64,000 nt of DNA from Trichoplax sp. H2 (lineage: Eukaryota), in assembly GCA_003344405.1 (NCBI GenBank), contig NOWV01000133.1, forward strand, positions 1 to 64,000. The letters are read 5' to 3'. This document shows positions 52,601 through 64,000 of this stretch, piece after piece. The notes below the pieces were generated by a model. The model had not been told where the DNA came from, did not search any database, and worked only from the letters and a program-made list of their open reading frames with translations. Each line of letters opens with the position of its first letter. Position 1 is the stretch's first letter. The translations under genes and the position numbers were made by a program.

Positions 52601-54820
52601 TAGTTGTGTGGCAGGAAACCTTTATTATACATTTCGATTTGATTATCTCGCTAATTAAAACCATCCATTTATCAAAATCTTTGCATTAATAATTTGAGAT
52701 ATTGTCATAAAATTCAATGAATTTCTAAATTTCAATGTTTATTGTTGATCTGAAAAGCAATATAAGATGCGCGTTGTTATTTTTTCAAGTCGGTATCTTG
52801 TTGATTTATTTTGTTTTTAAGTATCCATTTTTTGTATATAGCCAAACAAACATCTATATTATTTTAATTAGAGTGAAACATAGGGTTTGCGGTACTTACA
52901 GCTAAAAATTCAATTTGCATGATATGTTATGGAATAGAAAATTTGGGGAATACTGTGTAATTGAAAAAAAACTTCTTTTTTTTTCAAAATATCATGATGT
53001 AGCATTATCAATTTCTTATAACCATGCTTAAATCTATATAATACAGCATGTATTGCTTTATATAACAAATAGAAGAGCATCGGTATAGCACTATGCGAAA
53101 TATTTCCATCGTAGATCTTCATTTGATTCCTCATTGCCAATAATTTTTTGAATACAGTATCTTACAATAGAATATTAAACATATCATCATATATCGTTTT
53201 GGTTCCTGGTAACTAATCTTGATGCTGAATAATGAGTTATTGGATAAATCATAATTCATTAGGTATAGTATAGTATGTCAGAATTTTAAATGATCGTCGT
53301 GTATCGTTATTGGTATCAGATACCCACAGTATGCTCGTAGCAATCCATTATTGCAAGATATAAGAATTTGAGACTCAGTGTTTATATATAATTTGCTATC
53401 TATTCCAATCGTGTTTTATATGACTATCCGGATAATATTTCATGCTGCAGTGTCTCAAAAGGTTAATCTACTGAGAGTATGGATATCTAAGTTGTTACTT
53501 TGTAAAGTTTTTAAGGACGCGATTTAGCTACTAGAAGAATTTTGAGAATCAGTTTATTGTTAGCAATGCCTCGTATTTCTACCTATTTTACATAACAATT
53601 CTTATAAGGTCATAAATTAGAAGAAACCTCATTAATATTCAATTTATTGTAGTTATTTATAGCATTCGACATAATTAATATACTATTACCGTTTATAATT
53701 AATCCATGGTAATACTAAAACATGCATACTATGGTATAATACTAAATAAATCAATATTACATACTAAGATCATGTAACCCATTCACCATGTAAAATCTTT
53801 GCTTAAAGTATTGAAATCTCCTTACTGAGCTACCACTAGTATGCTTATAAACGAGACTGTAGATTAAACAAACAACTACATACATTAAGAGATGTCTACC
53901 TGCTGCACTTTAGGAAACGGTAGGTTACATGAATGCTGACATCAGCACAATATCGTCTTAATTTCTACTCTATTTTCTAGAGATTCAAAGTCCAATTTCT
54001 TCTCTACCACCTTCAATGTACTATAGATCATTTATCTTATTCCTTTCTCTTATTATAGCCCTTTGCCTTAATTTATCTTTAAGTTGAACAAAATTCGGTT
54101 CAAATCAAATGACGTAACTGGATTTGCAAAATATCAGAGATTTTATCACAAGGTAAGTCGGTTTCATTCTTGAATTCGGCTTGCATTAATGTTTACTCCA
54201 AGCTAAGATTCGCTTGTTGTTAAGTAATTTGTAGCGATTTCAGCTAATTGCGGTATAGAATGATGTGGCGTAAGATAGTATGAGATGCGTAATAAAGTAA
54301 TTCTAGATAATGGCCGAGAGGACTAAAAACTCATTCGCTACACAAATAAGTAACTAAATGACTTAAGGTGATAGCTGCTGTAGTGATTACAGCTAATTAC
54401 CTACAGCTGTTATGTGTTAGGAAATACAGTAATAGTGTGTAGTGTAGAACTGCATATCTTAATAAAGTAAGTGTCGAAGAATCCATGCACTACACCTCTC
54501 AATACTAGTCAAGAGTAGAACTTATATAATTAGATTATCTATTTCGATAATTTTATAAAGCTTAATAGGGAGGGTGTTAAATTTTAAAATAGCATTAGAA
54601 TCTGTATTTGCAACTTCAGGACACTTGTGAATCAAGTTCGTGGAATGGACTTGATCCATTTTTAGATTATAATTCAACAATGCTTATTAAAGCAAAGTCA
54701 ACAGATAGGTGGTCCAACGTTAAAATTTTCTACCATGGAGACAAATTGTATGTTACAGCTAGTCTTTTGATATCGTTTTAACGAAACGTTTTGAAATTAA
54801 CTTTACAGAGATCAACAGAT

Positions 54821-63293
<8,473 letters not shown>

Positions 63294-64000
63294 TACTTGA
63301 TACATCATGATGAGTATTGTAGCTTTCCAAATATATGACTTATTTGGTTGATTATAACAGTAGACTTTACTTAATATCATAGCATATTGTAAACCCGACT
63401 GCTTTATTCGGGTTAGAATTTAAGATAGCTTGTAGTAAAATTTTTGTTCGAAATGAGATATTGTGAAATTGTTGTTCAAAGGTTGCAATAAAATATATAT
63501 ATGTAGCTAATTTTGATCCTTGATCAAGTAGAGTGAATTGAATGTCTCTTCGTGACATGCTCTAGGGTATCCAGACTTGAGAGAGAGAGACTAATAAAGA
63601 ACTAATTTATAACTCATGTCAGTAGTATTCTTGAGAGATAAGCCTAATTTATTTTGTAGGGAGAAAATGGTAGCAGTTTATGAGTTGCTTTCTTAGTTAG
63701 TTCTATACAGATTGGAGAGCAAACTGGATTTTGTGGAAGCTTTGTCGGGAGTGGGAACGAAACGACATGATATTTTGATGGTGTCAAATATAGTAGAGTA
63801 CAGTCATACTCTATCTATAATACCGTACTAAGCTTTATGGTAGTAGGATAGAGTATCAAGGAAAAAGGTTAGTTAATGGCAGACAGTCTAGTCTATTTTA
63901 TTGTTCAACAATTTATCTGAAAGAAAAATTAACACTCGTGTACTAGGTGATCCCCTCTCAAAATACTTTTGAAAGCTTTGAATGGATGTACTTAATAATT

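Noticed and set aside
52285-52689. 134-aa ORF as an independent gene
   Set aside because: It is the frameshifted last exon of the ABCC pseudogene plus flanking sequence.

Overview
AT-rich, intron-containing animal genomic DNA. The compact GT-AG genes and gene content suggest an early-branching metazoan, most likely a placozoan (Trichoplax-like); this assignment is inference. Genes, assembled by hand with phase-checked splice sites: a two-exon Ral GTPase (+); an orphan with an intronless CDS (-); a secreted L-amino-acid-oxidase-family flavoprotein (-); RRP8 (-) head-to-head with a GT13-like glycosyltransferase (+); two tandem secreted astacin + LamG/pentraxin-like protease genes (+); an internally deleted ABCC4-like pseudogene; and an apparently intact ABCC4/MRP4-like transporter (+). 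The most notable observation is that the oxidase frame has no stop after the flavin domain. It splices in frame into four more exons encoding a cupin barrel without its metal ligands and a domain resembling a degenerate acetolactate-decarboxylase fold (955 aa total). Other observations: a conserved C-terminal Gly-Arg-Arg plus 13-aa tail in both astacins, a strongly cationic/aromatic pro-region in one of them, and TACAGT/ACTGTA-rich islands at both divergent promoters. No rRNA, tRNA, CRISPR array or recognisable transposon was found.
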